Shown here piece by piece: positions 1 through 13,009 of a stretch of 64,000 nt of DNA. Under the pieces are notes generated by a model. The model made no database searches. It had not been told where the DNA came from and was given only the letters and a program-made list of their open reading frames with translations. Positions within the stretch are counted from its first letter, which is position 1; the number at the start of each line of letters is the position of its first letter. The stretch comes from Felis catus (taxonomy: Eukaryota). A program made the translations under genes and the position numbers. The stretch lies in NCBI RefSeq assembly GCF_018350175.1, contig NC_058368.1:184018001-184082000 (forward strand), given 5' to 3'.

Positions 1-106
1 ATATCTATCCCGCATATTACTTTTTTTTCATCTTAAGTAGTTATCACTGCAAATGCAAATTTTAAATAATTTTAAAAATTGTGACTAGTAACACAGAGTG
101 AGAAGT

Positions 107-424
107 TAGAGCTCTCCAGTGTGGCAACCCAGAGCCACTTTTGACTTATGGGCATGTGAAATGGGGCTAGTTGAAATTGAGAAGCCTTGTAAGAATAAAA
201 CATGCACTGGATTGCAAAGACTTAGCATGAGAAAAGGAATATAAAATAATCTTATCAATGTTATACTGATTATATGTTGAAATTGAAACATCCCAGTACA
301 TTAGACAAATGAAATATATTATTAAAATTAATTTCCTCTGTTTCATTTTATTTTAGCAATGTGGCTACTAGATAATTGGAAAGTATATTTGCAGCCCACA
401 GTGTATTTCAACTGAATGGTGCTT
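107..424 (-). mobile_element. MER33-like hAT-Charlie DNA transposon relic
   Basis: Reverse complement resembles the MER33 consensus (TAGTAGCCACATT...GAAATTAATTTTAATAATATATTT...CTAGCC.CATTTCA). Ends approximate. Confidence 0.8.
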
Positions 425-774
425 GTGTCGGTTTTGGTTGGTTTTATTTCTTTGTATTAATACACTTCTCTCTGAGAAATAAAAATGCAAAGTGAACAAA
501 GAAGTGACTCACTGAACAAACTTACTGACCTAGATGCAGCAAAGAACTTTTCCAAGTGCCCAGGGAACCCACTGTAGATTCCAGAATCAGAAAAGTAGAA
601 GCCTACACAGCTAATGGAATAAATTCCCATACTCCTTCACTTTCTTCCTTATGTGATCCCTACATGATTCTGAGGAACCAGGTAGTGGAACAGATATACA
701 AAGGCTATGCAGTTGGGAATTTCTGTACTTTACTTTTATGCAAAAAAGATGAATAACAAATAAGAAAACATCAG

Positions 775-1108
775 TGCTATGGTCTAAATGTCTGTGTCCC
801 CATCAAATTCCTATATGTTGAAATCATAACCCACAAAGATGATAGTATTAGGAGGGGAGACCTTATTAATTATGTCCTTATAGAAGAGACCCAGAGATAC
901 CTTGCCCCTTTCATCATATGAGGACACAGCAAGAGGTCAAAGGCTATAAACAGAAAGATGGTACTTACCAGACTATGATCGTGCTGGTGCCTTCACCTTG
1001 GACTTCCTGGCCTTCCTGGCCTCCAGAACTGTGAGAAATAAATTTCTGTTGTTTATAAGCTACCCAGTCTGTAGTATTTTGTTACACTAGCCCAAATAGA
1101 CTAAGCTA
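775..1108 (+). mobile_element. MLT1A-type MaLR solo LTR
   Basis: Starts TGCTATGGTCTAAATGT, contains CCTCCAGAACTGTGAGAAATAAATTTCTGTTGTTTATAAGC, and has a perfect 5-bp TSD ATCAG at 770-774 and 1109-1113. Confidence 0.92.
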
Positions 1109-1580
1109 ATCAGGATTCATGAAAACCAAAATCTGCTTTTGGGTGATGCATAAATTGAATACAGTTTTCTAACTGTATGAATTCTAAGCTGGAGTTCCTT
1201 CCGAATCAAAGAAAGATCCCAAATAATTATGATTCCATTATAATTATGAAATAGCTTACTCTAAATATTGAAAATTAATAATCCAAGAATTGATATACAA
1301 AATTTCCTCAGCAAAGAGAATATTCAGTTAAGTAGTTTACCTTGTTTTCAAACATGCTGAATAATAGATATGTTTGTATAAGTTAGAATATTTTAAAATT
1401 TTGGTTTGGGTCACAGCACTGTGGTTTAAGGAGCACTAACAAATATGATAATCAAGGTATTTGAAGCCTTAGCTCTAACTGGTTACATGGCCTTTTACAA
1501 GTTAATTACTTTCTGGATCTCTCTACACCTCAGCTGTAAAAGTCACGTTTACAGCAGGGCAGCTAAAATGATGCAGTGTT

Positions 1581-1793
1581 GTTTTTTTTAAGTTTATTTA
1601 TTTAGTTTTAAGAGAGAGAGAGAGAATAAGTGGGAGAGGGCCGGAGATAGAGGGAGAGAGAGAGAATCCCAAGCAGGCTCCTCACTGACAGCACAGAGCC
1701 CAATGTGGGGTTCGAACTCACAAACTATGAGATCAAGACCCGAGCTGAAACCAAGACTTGGACGCTCAACCGACTGAGCAACCCAGGCTCCCC
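1581..1793 (-). mobile_element. CanSINE
   Basis: tRNA-like head, (CT)n tract and A-tail on the minus strand; degenerate TSD beginning AAAATG. Confidence 0.93.
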
Positions 1794-2820
1794 TAAAATG
1801 CTGTACTTTTATTTTGAAATGCCCTCTGCTACAACCCTTCAAGAAATTCTTAAAGACTTCTTAAAGAAATTTAACTGAGATTATAAAGTGTAGAGAAGGA
1901 AGAAGACACAGTTAACACTCAAGTCTCCTCATCCAGAGATGTTGCCAGGGAATTTTCAGGGATTCCAAAGGATTCTGTTTTGAGAGTTTTTGTACTGTGC
2001 TTATCTTACTGGGAGAGTGAGCTCCCTGAGTATCAAGTGAAAGTTGAGCACTGAATGAAACATATGTTGTTTGCCATTCCTAACAGCGACATATCTTTGA
2101 ATTCAGGTTATCAATTTAAATTATGACAAACCTGACTATTCTGTTTTGTTATTATAAATACCACGAAAGGTAGGCACCCTCATCTGCCCATCCCACACTT
2201 CTTTGCCCAGCTTATTCTAGAATAGGCTGGGCAAGCCCATCCCATAGACCTGCTGAAGGGACAACTTTTAGGCAGCAATGTTGGGCACATGACACTTCAT
2301 ACTCAGTCTAAGCTGAGTGGACCTGGAATAGATCTAACTCAAAGGCAACCAAATAACAGGTCAACCAATGATTTATGCTGTGATGTGATTCAGAAATATG
2401 AATTGAGCCTACCAACTTTTTTCTCTTGGCAATGTGAGCCAAGAATTGATAAAAGAATGAGCCGATTTCCAATCAGAAATGCACCTGGAAAAACAAGAAG
2501 AAGAAATGAGCTCTGAAGTGAGGTTGAGAATAGAGATGATTTGTTTAAAAAAGTGAATAGATCAGATGAAAAAAACAGGAAGATTCCATGACAGAAAACA
2601 TTAGCTGTGATCAATTTTATTTTTAGTAATTTTTTGTTGTTGTTGTTGTTCTATTACATTCAAACCCAGAAATACTTAACTAAATTATACACTACCAATT
2701 ACTCTGTTCATTAATGATTGCACTATTGGAAAAGACCGCATATACACTGGATGTGACACTGTCTCTTACCACAGGTGTTTGCAGTTGCCATTCTAAAATG
2801 GGGACATTAAAAACTTATCA

Positions 2821-3110
2821 TGGTATTATGCTAAGTGAAATAACTCAGTCAGAGAAAGACAGATGCCATATGTTTTCACTCATATGTGGATCTGGAGAAA
2901 TTTAACAGAAGACCATGGGGGAGGGGAAGGGGAAAAAACTGTTGCAGAGGGAGGGAGGCAAACAATAAGAGGCTCTTAAATACTGAGAACAAAATGAGGG
3001 TTGATGAGGGTGGAGGAGAGGGGAAAGTGGGTGATGGGCATTGAGGAGGGTACTTGGGATGAGCACTGGGTGTTGTATGGAAACCAATTTGACAATAAAT
3101 TATGTTAAAA
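2821..3110 (+). mobile_element. 5'-truncated felid/carnivore L1 3' end
   Basis: GGTATTATGCTAAGTGAAATAA...GATGAGCACTGGGTGTTGTATGGAAACCAATTTGACAATAAA. TSD-like AAAA(C/G)TTATCATGG at ~2809 and ~3386. Confidence 0.88.
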
Positions 3111-3122
3111 ATAAATTATGTA

Positions 3123-3352
3123 GGGGGCGCCTGGGTGGCGCAGTCGGTGAAGCGTCTGACTTCAGCCAGGTCACGATCTCGCGGTCCGTGAGTTCGAGCC
3201 CCGCATCGGGCTCTGGGCTGATGGCTCAGAGCCTGGAGCCTGTTTCCGGTTCTGTGTCTCCCTCTCTCTCTGCCCCTCCCCCATTCGTGCTCTGTCTCTC
3301 TCTGTCCCAAAAATAAATAAAGGTTGAAAAAAAAAATTAAAAAAAAAATAAA
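3123..3352 (+). mobile_element. Young felid CanSINE (SINEC_Fc-type) inserted in the L1 A-tail
   Basis: GGGGCGCCTGGGTGGCGCAGTCGG head, CpGs largely intact, TSD AAATAAATTATGTA. Confidence 0.96.
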
Positions 3353-3571
3353 TAAATAAATTATGTATAATTGAGAATATTTTTAAAAAGTTATCATGGG
3401 ATTCCACTGGGAATCAAATTAAATAATATAGGCAAAGAATCTTTTGACTGGTGGATAAAAGGCTTTTAGAATATATTAATGGTGAGTTCTCAAACAAGCA
3501 TCTTGTTAAATACCTGGCTTTTCACTGGGACACATTTTGCCAGTGCACTTTAACTTGAAAAGGAAGCTAAG

Positions 3572-3798
3572 GGGGCGCCTGGGTGGCGCAGTCGGTTAAG
3601 CGTCTGACTTCAGCCAGGTCACGATCTCGCGGTCCGTGAGTTCGAGCCCCGCGTTAGGCTCTGGGCTGATGGCTCAGAGCCTGGAGCCTGTTTCTGATTC
3701 TGTGTCTCCCTCTCTCTCTGCCCCTCCTCCGTTCATGCTCTGTCTCTCTCTGTCCCAAAAATAAATAAACGTTGAAAAAAAAATTAAAAAAAAAAAAA
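3572..3798 (+). mobile_element. Young felid CanSINE (SINEC_Fc-type)
   Basis: Full-length, with a perfect 15-bp TSD GAAAAGGAAGCTAAG at 3557-3571 and 3799-3813. Confidence 0.97.
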
Positions 3799-6700
3799 GA
3801 AAAGGAAGCTAAGTTCTGAGTCTATAGAATAAGAGAAATAAGCTGAACATACAAACCATTATATTTTAAAAGATCATGAATTTTTAAAGAAATCAGGTGT
3901 TGGCTAAAACTGTTTTTCTTTTCCTTCTTTACAACATAACAGCTGAAATCCTCTAATGTAAATGAACTTCAACTACAACGAAGTAAGTGACATTACACCA
4001 AGTGGAAAACAAAGCCTGTCAGTGTCACCACATTCATCAGTTAACTTTTGATTATGTCTAATAATTTTGTATGAAAAAAATCAGCATGTGAGAGTCATAG
4101 AATATAACCAGAAATACAGTCTATACTAGACGAAAATTTATTTCTCAGGGGCTTTAGTGGTTCTATTGGTCAAAATAAATGCATTAATAAATTACCTAAA
4201 TTAAGCTTTTATGGGTGTCCCCAAATAGTTTTTGACTGAAGGAGTAATGTGGTTGAGTCCTGCTTGAGACAGTAATTGTAAATATCCTTGAAACATTCAT
4301 ATGTTCCCACCAAAGGTATAGGGTGTAATATGAAGAGTTAAACATGACTGGACACATCAGAACGTAAAGCAGGCAGGGCCTCCAGGATAATGCCATAGTG
4401 AATGCTCTGGGGACCAAAACAGTTTAGATGTGGCTATTGATGTTAATACCCTTCATGCCCATAAATTCAGAAAAGAAATCCCGATATCAACTAGGGTTTG
4501 TTTGTTTGTTTGTTGGCATAAGAAAATAGGAGAGAGAGAGAGAGAGAGACTGGGAATTGGTGCAGGTCTACAAAAAATGACATTATGAGACTTTCACCTT
4601 CTCTTACTTTATCATTAGACTAGGGCTGATTCATAAACAACCTCTTGAGGTGCCCACTGTCTTAAATAAAATGAATTTGGACTAAATATAATTTGGCTGA
4701 TAAAGCAGTATTGATATAAGAATCACACTTGCACTTGCGTATTATTCCCAAGATGCCAACTAAACCAGATAGTTGGGAGAGAAAAGGGAAATGAGCTTAT
4801 CCTTAAGTATGTTATGAGATAAACTTTCAACAAATTATACTCAATAGAAAAGTAGAGAAACATGAGAATCATATAACAGAGCATACTAAAAATCCGTCCA
4901 AATCCAAAAAGTTTCATGTACGGGGAACATTTCAAACGGTGTAAATGGTACATGTGCATTCTGCTTATTCTATAATCATGAAATAAACAGACACATGCGT
5001 TTTCCGTATCATGGTGTGCTTAATAAGCAGTGATCTGTCAGCGTCACTTTAAAAGTCTAGTTGAACAGACTGGATCCCTATCTTACAAATGCTTACAAAT
5101 AGAGGGAGATAATCACTGACATGCTTAAGCTCCACTGTATCCATCTTTCAGACTGATGTCACATGGTAACCGTCTGTAAGGGAGGGAGAAGAATGCTTCT
5201 CTGAAGTGACCACACCACAGGTCATTCACAACAGAGCTCAGAAACATCTACTCAATATAGTTAATGTTTGATTCACATTTAAAATGTTTTTTTTTTATTA
5301 CAAAACAATCACTGAGAATTAAATAACCAAATTCCAATGAATACCAAATTAAATGCCAAATCAATTAAGGTATAATCAAAGACTGAAATAACCTTAGGAG
5401 AAAGAGCAAAGATAACAACAGCATATGGGATTTAATGTACTTCTTTTCATAAACATGCTTGTCCTCCAACCTCATTAATTTAATCGTTGCTCTGGCACCC
5501 AGCCCAACGTTAAGCGCAATCTTTGAACAGTTGTCTGCAGCTGTGTGAGAGCTCTAGGCTGATGGCGACATGGAATATCACTAGGTGTTGGAATTCACAA
5601 ACCAATTAAGATTAGTACAGGTTCACATCTCCCTATCTCCAAGGGTTCATTCCTTCTCATTTTTAAAGAGTATCCATCCTATTATTTAGCATCCTTAATA
5701 TTAAAACAACAACAACAATGATCCCTGTGCTTCTAAAAGTAGAGAAATATTAGATTGTTCTGTTGAAGTAACATTTTTATTCCCATTACATGGCAACTTT
5801 TCAGGAGCATGAGTAACTAATTTTCTCTCTTGGAAAACCTTAAAAGAGACTTACAAAAAGTTAAGAGCTCAGTATTATATTTGAAGCTGGCATGAAAACA
5901 CTTAAACTCTATGGTCACTTAAAATAAGACTGACTCTAAATGTTAAACAAGGACCTTGTCCAGATGATTTCACTTCTTGGATAAATGTGCTATTAGTAAT
6001 AAACTTTCTAACTCTTAGGCTGGAATCTTAAAGTACTGATTCCTTTTTCTTATAGCATATTCTAGTTGTTCAGTTTATATGCATTATGAAGAATAATGAA
6101 AGCTTTAGATTTTTTTTTAATTGGAAAAATGTGTATTACTTTACATCACATTTGATTTCTCAAATGAATTACTGTGGCCCTTTGAAAAAATTTTGAAAAT
6201 ACGTCTTTGGAGTCCACTATATTAGTCATGTCTTCTTGTATTCTTTATTTTTATTTTTTTTTTACAATAACCAAATTACCTAATGTCATTTCAAGTTCAT
6301 CCTATTCCATTTACACATGTACACAGAGCTGGAGTAATTCACTTATGTAGTTCAACATCTTCCTTGTTGCAGATGGTAAGTGTGCAGATTTCTCCCTCAA
6401 GGAAAGAAAATCTTTCATAAAATAATTGCATATTCTGCTCATTTTTTTTCTCTTTGCTGATGCTTTTGTATTATTACACCCTGTCAGATTAGTAATTAGC
6501 ATGCAGTCTCCATATCACATAAGTGCATTTTTTCTGCTTTCATGAAAGCCCCATTAGCAACTCACAGCATATAATAACTGTAGATGGCAAAGAAAGAGGA
6601 AATAAATAATATAACAGGAATAACTGTAAGAGCAAGTGCAGCAATAGGTTGGTGCATTTATTTTGATCATGGGGTTGAGTTGCAACTCTTCCTGAAGAGT

Positions 6701-7117
6701 ATGCTGGCACCTAGAACAGGTATGTGACCTTTGAAATTAATTTTTCTTATTCCTATTTGAATAAATAATTGAATTAACAGCCTTGGTTATAATCTGAAGG
6801 AGAAAACTGGCTGAGGAAGGAGAATATCCTATAAAAAATCACTTAAAAGGAAAAACAAATAATGAAAGTTTAATTCACAGGTGCACATTAAGTGAGACCT
6901 AAGGACAAACAAACCTAAAACAGTAGTTTTTGCCCACTGGTATCAGACTGAGATTATATCCATTGAAGACGAAATTACATGAGGGTTAACTAACAAATAG
7001 TCCTATTTGGGGGAAAAGTTAGTCTCCTTGGATATATTTTTCAAAGGGAAAATGATTCAATAAGCAATAACCAAGGTGAAACTATTCTGTGAAATTCCTT
7101 CACTAAAACTGTGGAAC

Positions 7118-7289
7118 CGGACTGGTTACATAATTTGTAGATCGAAGTACAAAATGAAAATGCAAAGTCACTTGTTCAAATTAAGATTTTCATAATGACA
7201 ATAGAACAGCCTTAAACCAAGAAGGGGACCTTTCTAAGTGTGGGGACCTGTGAAACTCTCATGTCACATACCTATGAAGCTGGCCTTGC
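7118..7289 (-). mobile_element. MER91A-like hAT-Tip100 relic
   Basis: TACATAATTTG...CAAAATGAAAATG...TAAACCAAG...CTTTCTAAG...ATGAAGCTGGCCTTG matches the reverse complement of MER91A. Confidence 0.78.
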
Positions 7290-7359
7290 TTCTGAAAGGC
7301 AGATTCCACCAGACTGACCTGAGGCTACTCTCAAATGAAGCCAGCAATGAAAGCAAGAA

Positions 7360-7535
7360 CTCAAAGTCGCATCTTGATTCTGATCCTGGCTCCACTGCCA
7401 AGCCACTGCCTGGCTCCACAGCAAGTTATTCATCTAAGCCTCAGTTTCTTCACCCCCAAAACTGATATCACAATGCATAAAGAACACCTTTTAAAGTGCT
7501 CACTGTATAGTAAGTACCCAGTAAATGCTGTTTGT
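7360..7535 (+). mobile_element. MIR fragment
   Basis: MIR core ATCCTGGCTCCAC...CAAGTTATT...CTAAGCCTCAGTTTCTTCA and 3' TAGTAAGTACCCAGTAAATG. Confidence 0.65.
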
Positions 7536-7747
7536 CTAACATAGCACTAACATCTAATATCTAATGATCAAATATCACAACTCATCGAGTTTAAGACAGA
7601 AAATAGTTTGCACCTGGATATTTGTTTCTTTTACTTGTCATCCTTACTGATGTTTTGCCTAAATTTAGTTTGGTAATATAAGAAAGAACTACTGTTTAGT
7701 TAGCATTTGCATGTTTTCTTTTTATGGAAATATCCATTCACAATATA

Positions 7748-7840
7748 AGTTAACTTATACAGTTAACTTATGCAGTGTTAAACTTATACAGTCTTAAACT
7801 TATACAGTGTTGTATGTCAATTATATCTCAATAAAACTGG
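7748..7840 (+). repeat. Short tandem array fused to an L1 extreme 3' end
   Basis: Four AACTTAT(A/G)CAGT units followed by TGTATGTCAATTATATCTCAATAAAACTGG. Confidence 0.65.
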
Positions 7841-8449
7841 ATGACATAAATCCAAATAAAGCTAATCAGACTTGAGTGTATTCTTTTTTATTTAATTAAT
7901 AACATCTAAAAATAACTATCACCCAGGACTATATTAAGTAGCAAAATATGTTAAGTGCCTTGGAGCAGTTATCTGAATTGTTGAGATTTCACAAACGAAG
8001 TGATTCCCCTTCATACTTATTTCATATTACCAGTGTTAGTGGTGCTTATCATTATAATTACTAATAACCACAGTTACAGCTAAAATTATGACATATTGAC
8101 CATCGATACAAAGCAAATGACCACACTCCTTCAATTCTAACAAACTACAATTATAACACACAAAGTACAGACTGAATAAAAGCCTTTTGATGGAGAAAAA
8201 AATAACTAAAACCCTACCATATTGTAGGTACATGTGAATTCTAAGATCCATTCTAGTTTCTAAAATATTGAAATATTTTATATGCATGCTAGTAATGAAT
8301 ATTTTATTCACATTATGATCTCATCACAAAAGTTTATTCATTTATTTTCTCACTGAAGGGGATATATATGTTATATATACATAATGTGTGTATATACATA
8401 TATATATGTAATGTAAAATACATTAACATTCTCATGACTATGAAGACTA

Positions 8450-8740
8450 TTCATTCCTTCATTAGTTCATTCCACAAATATTTACTAAGCACTTTCTATG
8501 TGTCAGGAACTATTTTAGTGTGATTTTTATTTATTTTATTGGCATTAAAAAAGTGAACAAACCACACAAAATTTTCTACCTCCATGGAGTTTACATTCTA
8601 CAGGGGAAGATTTTCAGTAAGCAAAATGAATAAGTACATATAAACTAAAAAAGATAATGCTAAGCTCTCTGGAGAAATGTTTTTCTTAAATGAATATTTG
8701 GAGTTTGGAAATTTGTGACTTAAAACAGGTGGTCAAAGAT
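8450..8740 (-). mobile_element. L2 3' fragment
   Basis: TTCATTCCACAAATATTTACTAAGCAC...TATGTGTCAGG...CTCCATGGAGTTTACATTCTA. Confidence 0.7.
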
Positions 8741-8917
8741 TATATAACTTAGAATTCTTCCTTTGATACTCTAATACAAATGGTGACTCATTTGTACTAA
8801 GACCTAGATTGAATATAATCGTGATTTTTTTGTTTGTTTGATTGCTATCTACTAGGAGTCCTTCATTATGCTAGGCATTTGAAAAATGTTATTAACTACT
8901 AAAAAATATTGATTCTA

Positions 8918-9140
8918 GGGGTGCGTGGGTGGGTCAGTTGGTTAAGTATCTGACTCTTGCCTGTGGTTCAGGTCCTCATCTCACAGTTCATGAGCTAGAG
9001 CCCTGCATTGGGCTCTGCACTGATAGCACGAAGCCTGCTTGGGATTCTATCTCCCCTTTTCTCTCTGTCCCTCCTCTGTATGTGCATGCACTATTCCTCT
9101 CTCTCTCTCTCTCTCTCAAAATAAATAAACCTTTTTTTTA
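8918..9140 (+). mobile_element. CanSINE
   Basis: Head, (CT)n tract and AAAATAAATAAAC tail; degenerate TSD ending ATTCTA. Confidence 0.93.
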
Positions 9141-9364
9141 AAAATTATTCTACATTTTAAAATGTGGATTTTCTAGTTTGAGAATAAAGAAAAATAGATC
9201 TGAAAACATGATACAAGATAATTTCATATTTTAAGTGCTGAATTATATGGTAGATACATAAGTATAGACCATGTTGAGAGAAAAATATTGGTAATTCATA
9301 GTAAATTTGTGAAGACTCATCTCTTCCTCAAGTTAGGAAGACATCTAGTAATTAGGTATGTGTT

Positions 9365-9366
<2 letters not shown>

Positions 9367-9400
<34 letters not shown>
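9367..9400. repeat. (TG)n microsatellite
   Basis: Read directly from the sequence. Confidence 0.97.
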
Positions 9401-9403
<3 letters not shown>

Positions 9404-10524
9404 TGTCCTACCCAGTACATATTGAGAATTGCCAGGAATTGCTTACTTTTAATCACAACACCTTTTATGGGATGTGGGACCATACAGTCAATAAAAGGTG
9501 GTAAGATGAAAGGCACTCTTTCATTCCTTCAATCCATCTTTCAAAGGGAGGGGGGAGCTTTTATAAGGAGGTGGCTCTTACTTTTAAGCAAATTGTAATT
9601 ATTTCTGAAAATTGTGTTATTTCTATAAAACTCTGCTCATACATGAACAAATTCATACCTACATTATCCCAAATCACTAGGTACACTATCTAAAACCTTT
9701 AATGAAAGGAGCCTTTTTGTTAGGGTTTTGCTAGAGATTGTATTGTTTCTTGTTGAAATGTACTGTAATGAATACATTACAAAGGGACAGATCTGTAATT
9801 TAACCTTGGAGGAAAATAATTTCTAGAAAGAATACTAAATTGTTGAACATTTCAGGAGAGTGGACAATAGACAGTATTCACTCTAATATCCATAGCTTAA
9901 GGTTGAAAGTTTACTATGAATTTCATTTTGTTTTATTGGTTTGTTCTCAAAAACCACTTTAAGTACACTTATACCAAACATCCACATTTGGATACTATGA
10001 TCTAATTATCTATATCATAGCTGACTGTGTTGAACCCGATACAAATTATTTTTTTACCCCACAGAACTCCAAGTTCTAATTAAAATTAGACCACACTAAT
10101 AAGGTATCATAGTCGCAACAGTTCACATTCTTACAATTGTATTTTAAAAACTCAGGTAGAGTAAAAATGCTGTTTCAGTGAGAGAAATCTCATTAATTTT
10201 TATTGAAAGAGTAGGTCACATTTTTGGTATTATATAGGTGAATAATATAACCTTGGAAATACTGAAATGATTTAAATGATTCATAGCTATTAATTTTCAT
10301 CTAGCAGATTTTTGAGGGATTTCATGATAAAATAAATTTTTATAATAGACTTATTCATTAAATGGTATTTGCATGATTAAATAGATAAATTACAATCAAT
10401 GGAGAAGATGGCATTCTCTGAAAAAAGGAAGCTAACTATTAGACAAAATATTTTGTTTTCTGTGTTTGAAATAATAAATGTTAAGGTTCCTCACTTTTTG
10501 AGTGAATACATCATGGACTCCTTT

Positions 10525-11180
10525 TTAGTTCATTCATATTCTACCTACTTTCTGTCAGCCAGTCACTGTTTTAGGCTCTGGGCTGTAGGGACATAGCCAT
10601 GAATAAAATGTATACATCTTTGCTTTCCTACAGCATATATTCCGGTAGGAAAGACAGATCATAGATAAATAAAAACATAAATTATTAAAATGTCAAATAG
10701 TGGTAAGTATTATAAAGAGAAGCAGAGTAAGAGGACGGGGTTTATGAAACAGAAGCATTATTGCAGGGAGGGTGGCCAAGGAAGGTATTTCAGTGGAGAG
10801 GATATATTGTCAGAAACCCAGAAGATACAACTTTGGAAGCTATTTGAAGATCTGAGAAAAACTTCTAGAAGAGGAAACGAGTACAAAGATCCTGGGTCAG
10901 GAATGAACTTGGTGCCTTTGAAGGCAAGAAGATCAAAGTGATGAGTCTAGTGTACAAGGAAGAAAAGCAGGAGACTGGGTCAGAGAAGTCAGGGGTCGAC
11001 TCAGGGAAGGCCATGTAGGCTGTGCTGAGGAGTTGTTTCTTCCAAGTGCAGCAGCAGAAAGTGAGCAGTGTTGAATAGGATTCTGATGTGGTTTATATGT
11101 AGTTTAAAAAAGAATGCTCTACTTTCTGCAGAGCAAGGATTAAAGAAGGGAAACAAGGTTGTTGCTGGACTATAGGCAAA
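10525..11180 (-). mobile_element. L2 fragment
   Basis: Typical antisense L2 text, e.g. GAGGAAACGAGTACAAAGATCCTGGGTCAGGAATGAACTTGG. Confidence 0.75.
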
Positions 11181-11659
11181 TGATGCAATGGCATGTATTA
11201 TAGTACTTAGGGTGCTAATAGCTCGGGTGCTTAGATATAGTACATTACTATGCTGCTCAGAAATCCCTGTGTTTCTTTCTGTATCAGGGAGAGGGAGATA
11301 AATGTGTCTGATGATGTTGGGTATGCCCAAAGAAACTCACTTAAATGATATGAATAGAAAGAAACAATCATATATCAAGGTTAATCACTGGCCTCTTAGG
11401 GAGTTACAAAACTCACAATTAGTAGAGCATAGCATTTGAATAAGGTACTAAGAAGGAAAAAATGTCCAAGAAGGAATATTCTGAATGGTGTTCATTTATT
11501 TCTGTTGTCCCAGGAAAAGAAAGTAGATATACTGTATAAACAGATAACTAGAGATTAAGCCCGTAGATGTATATTAAAAAAAGAAAAAGGAAAAAGAAAA
11601 GCTTGCAATCACTGCCCTAGTGACTATGTATTTATCATCCCCTAAACAGCATCCATGTG

Positions 11660-11905
11660 CAATAATAATGGCATAAAAATGGTGTCTACATATATGACTG
11701 TCAGGCCCTAGACATTCTGTTAGGTGATTTGCTTTATCTCATTTCCTCCTCTCCTCACTCTGTGATGTGGACGTTATTATTACCCATGTGTCTCAAGTTG
11801 AGGACATTCAGGCACAGAATGTTTACGTAAGTTGCCTACCCTAACTCACCAAGCCATTAACTGGTAAAGCTGGGGATCAAGCCCAGATCTGTATACTGTG
11901 TCCTA
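11660..11905 (-). mobile_element. MIR
   Basis: TTATTATTACCCAT...GAGGACATTCAGGCACAGA...GTAAGTTGCC...AGCTGGGGATCAAGCCCAG. Confidence 0.7.
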
Positions 11906-13009
11906 ATACTGGTTAATTTAGTGAACCTACTTTCTCGTGATATGATAAAAATAAGCAGCTGATGAACACTCTTCCTGTTCCACTGGTTATTTTGAAATAT
12001 AGACACAGTGTCTTTTTGGTAACAGCATGCAGCAGTCAGACAGCTTACAAAACATATACATCCCGGCAAAGACGTACACTGACCATTTTAAAGTCAGTGA
12101 GTCAATACAACCACCAAGGACGTAAATACACCAAGTGACAGCATAATTAATCCTATGTACACAATCAATGAGGAATAGTAATGTTTCTTGGGAAATGGAA
12201 TATAGTAGAATGAGCCTGAATTTTCCCTGAGCACAGATGTTGAGTTGCTATTCAATGAATCCTCCCTGGAGGAGATTGTAACAAATACACGAAACCCCTC
12301 AAGGACAGCCAGGGTTGTAAATTGTGAGCTATAAAGATAATAATATAAATATTGTGCCAACATTTATAATTTATTTGCTGGACTCACAGGTGAGAAATAG
12401 GGGTTAGCTGGCAGGTCTAATTTGAACCAGTGTTGGCAAACCCATGCCTCACACTAAATCATTGCTTTCTGTGTTTTCTTTAGCTTAAAAATATATAATA
12501 AAGTTCCAACAAAGCTACTTCCTTTGGACAAATGAAGCTGTGGACACAGATTTGCAATATTACATTATAAAGTTACTGGAGGGCTAGTATACGGACAGTT
12601 TTTCTTCAAAACTTGTAGTGGGGAACTTTATGCAGTTAGAATACACTGGGTGAAGGCATAAAAGCATAAGAGAATTTTTCTTTAAACATGCAAAATTGCA
12701 TAGTTTTGTTTAATTTGGTCAAAACTCATCATTGGGAAGTCAAAAGCACTAACTGAAGAAGAACATCACTGTGATAGGACGGGGTCATGAAAAGAACACA
12801 GAATTGAATAATTCAATACATTTTTATTTAATAAATTAAATAGTTTATATTAAAAAAAAAGAAGAACATATCTCAAAAGGTTTTTTGCCTGGTTTCAGCT
12901 GTGTCTTAAAGTAGTCATTTTGGGCAAATCAGATAGTCCTCAAGGGCCTATAGATAGTTTAAACAGTGCCTGCTACTTCCAACACATGAATAAAAAGTGA
13001 GATGTGTCT

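Noticed and set aside
3041..3407. ORFs with 'AQSLEPASDSVSPSLSAPPP'-like text (also 21725, 31723, 37504, 37889, 45450, 55257, 60931)
   Set aside because: These are translations of CanSINE sequence, not a gene family.
3572..3660. tRNA-like A/B boxes in SINE heads
   Set aside because: They are tRNA-derived SINE promoters followed by SINE bodies and tails, not tRNA genes.
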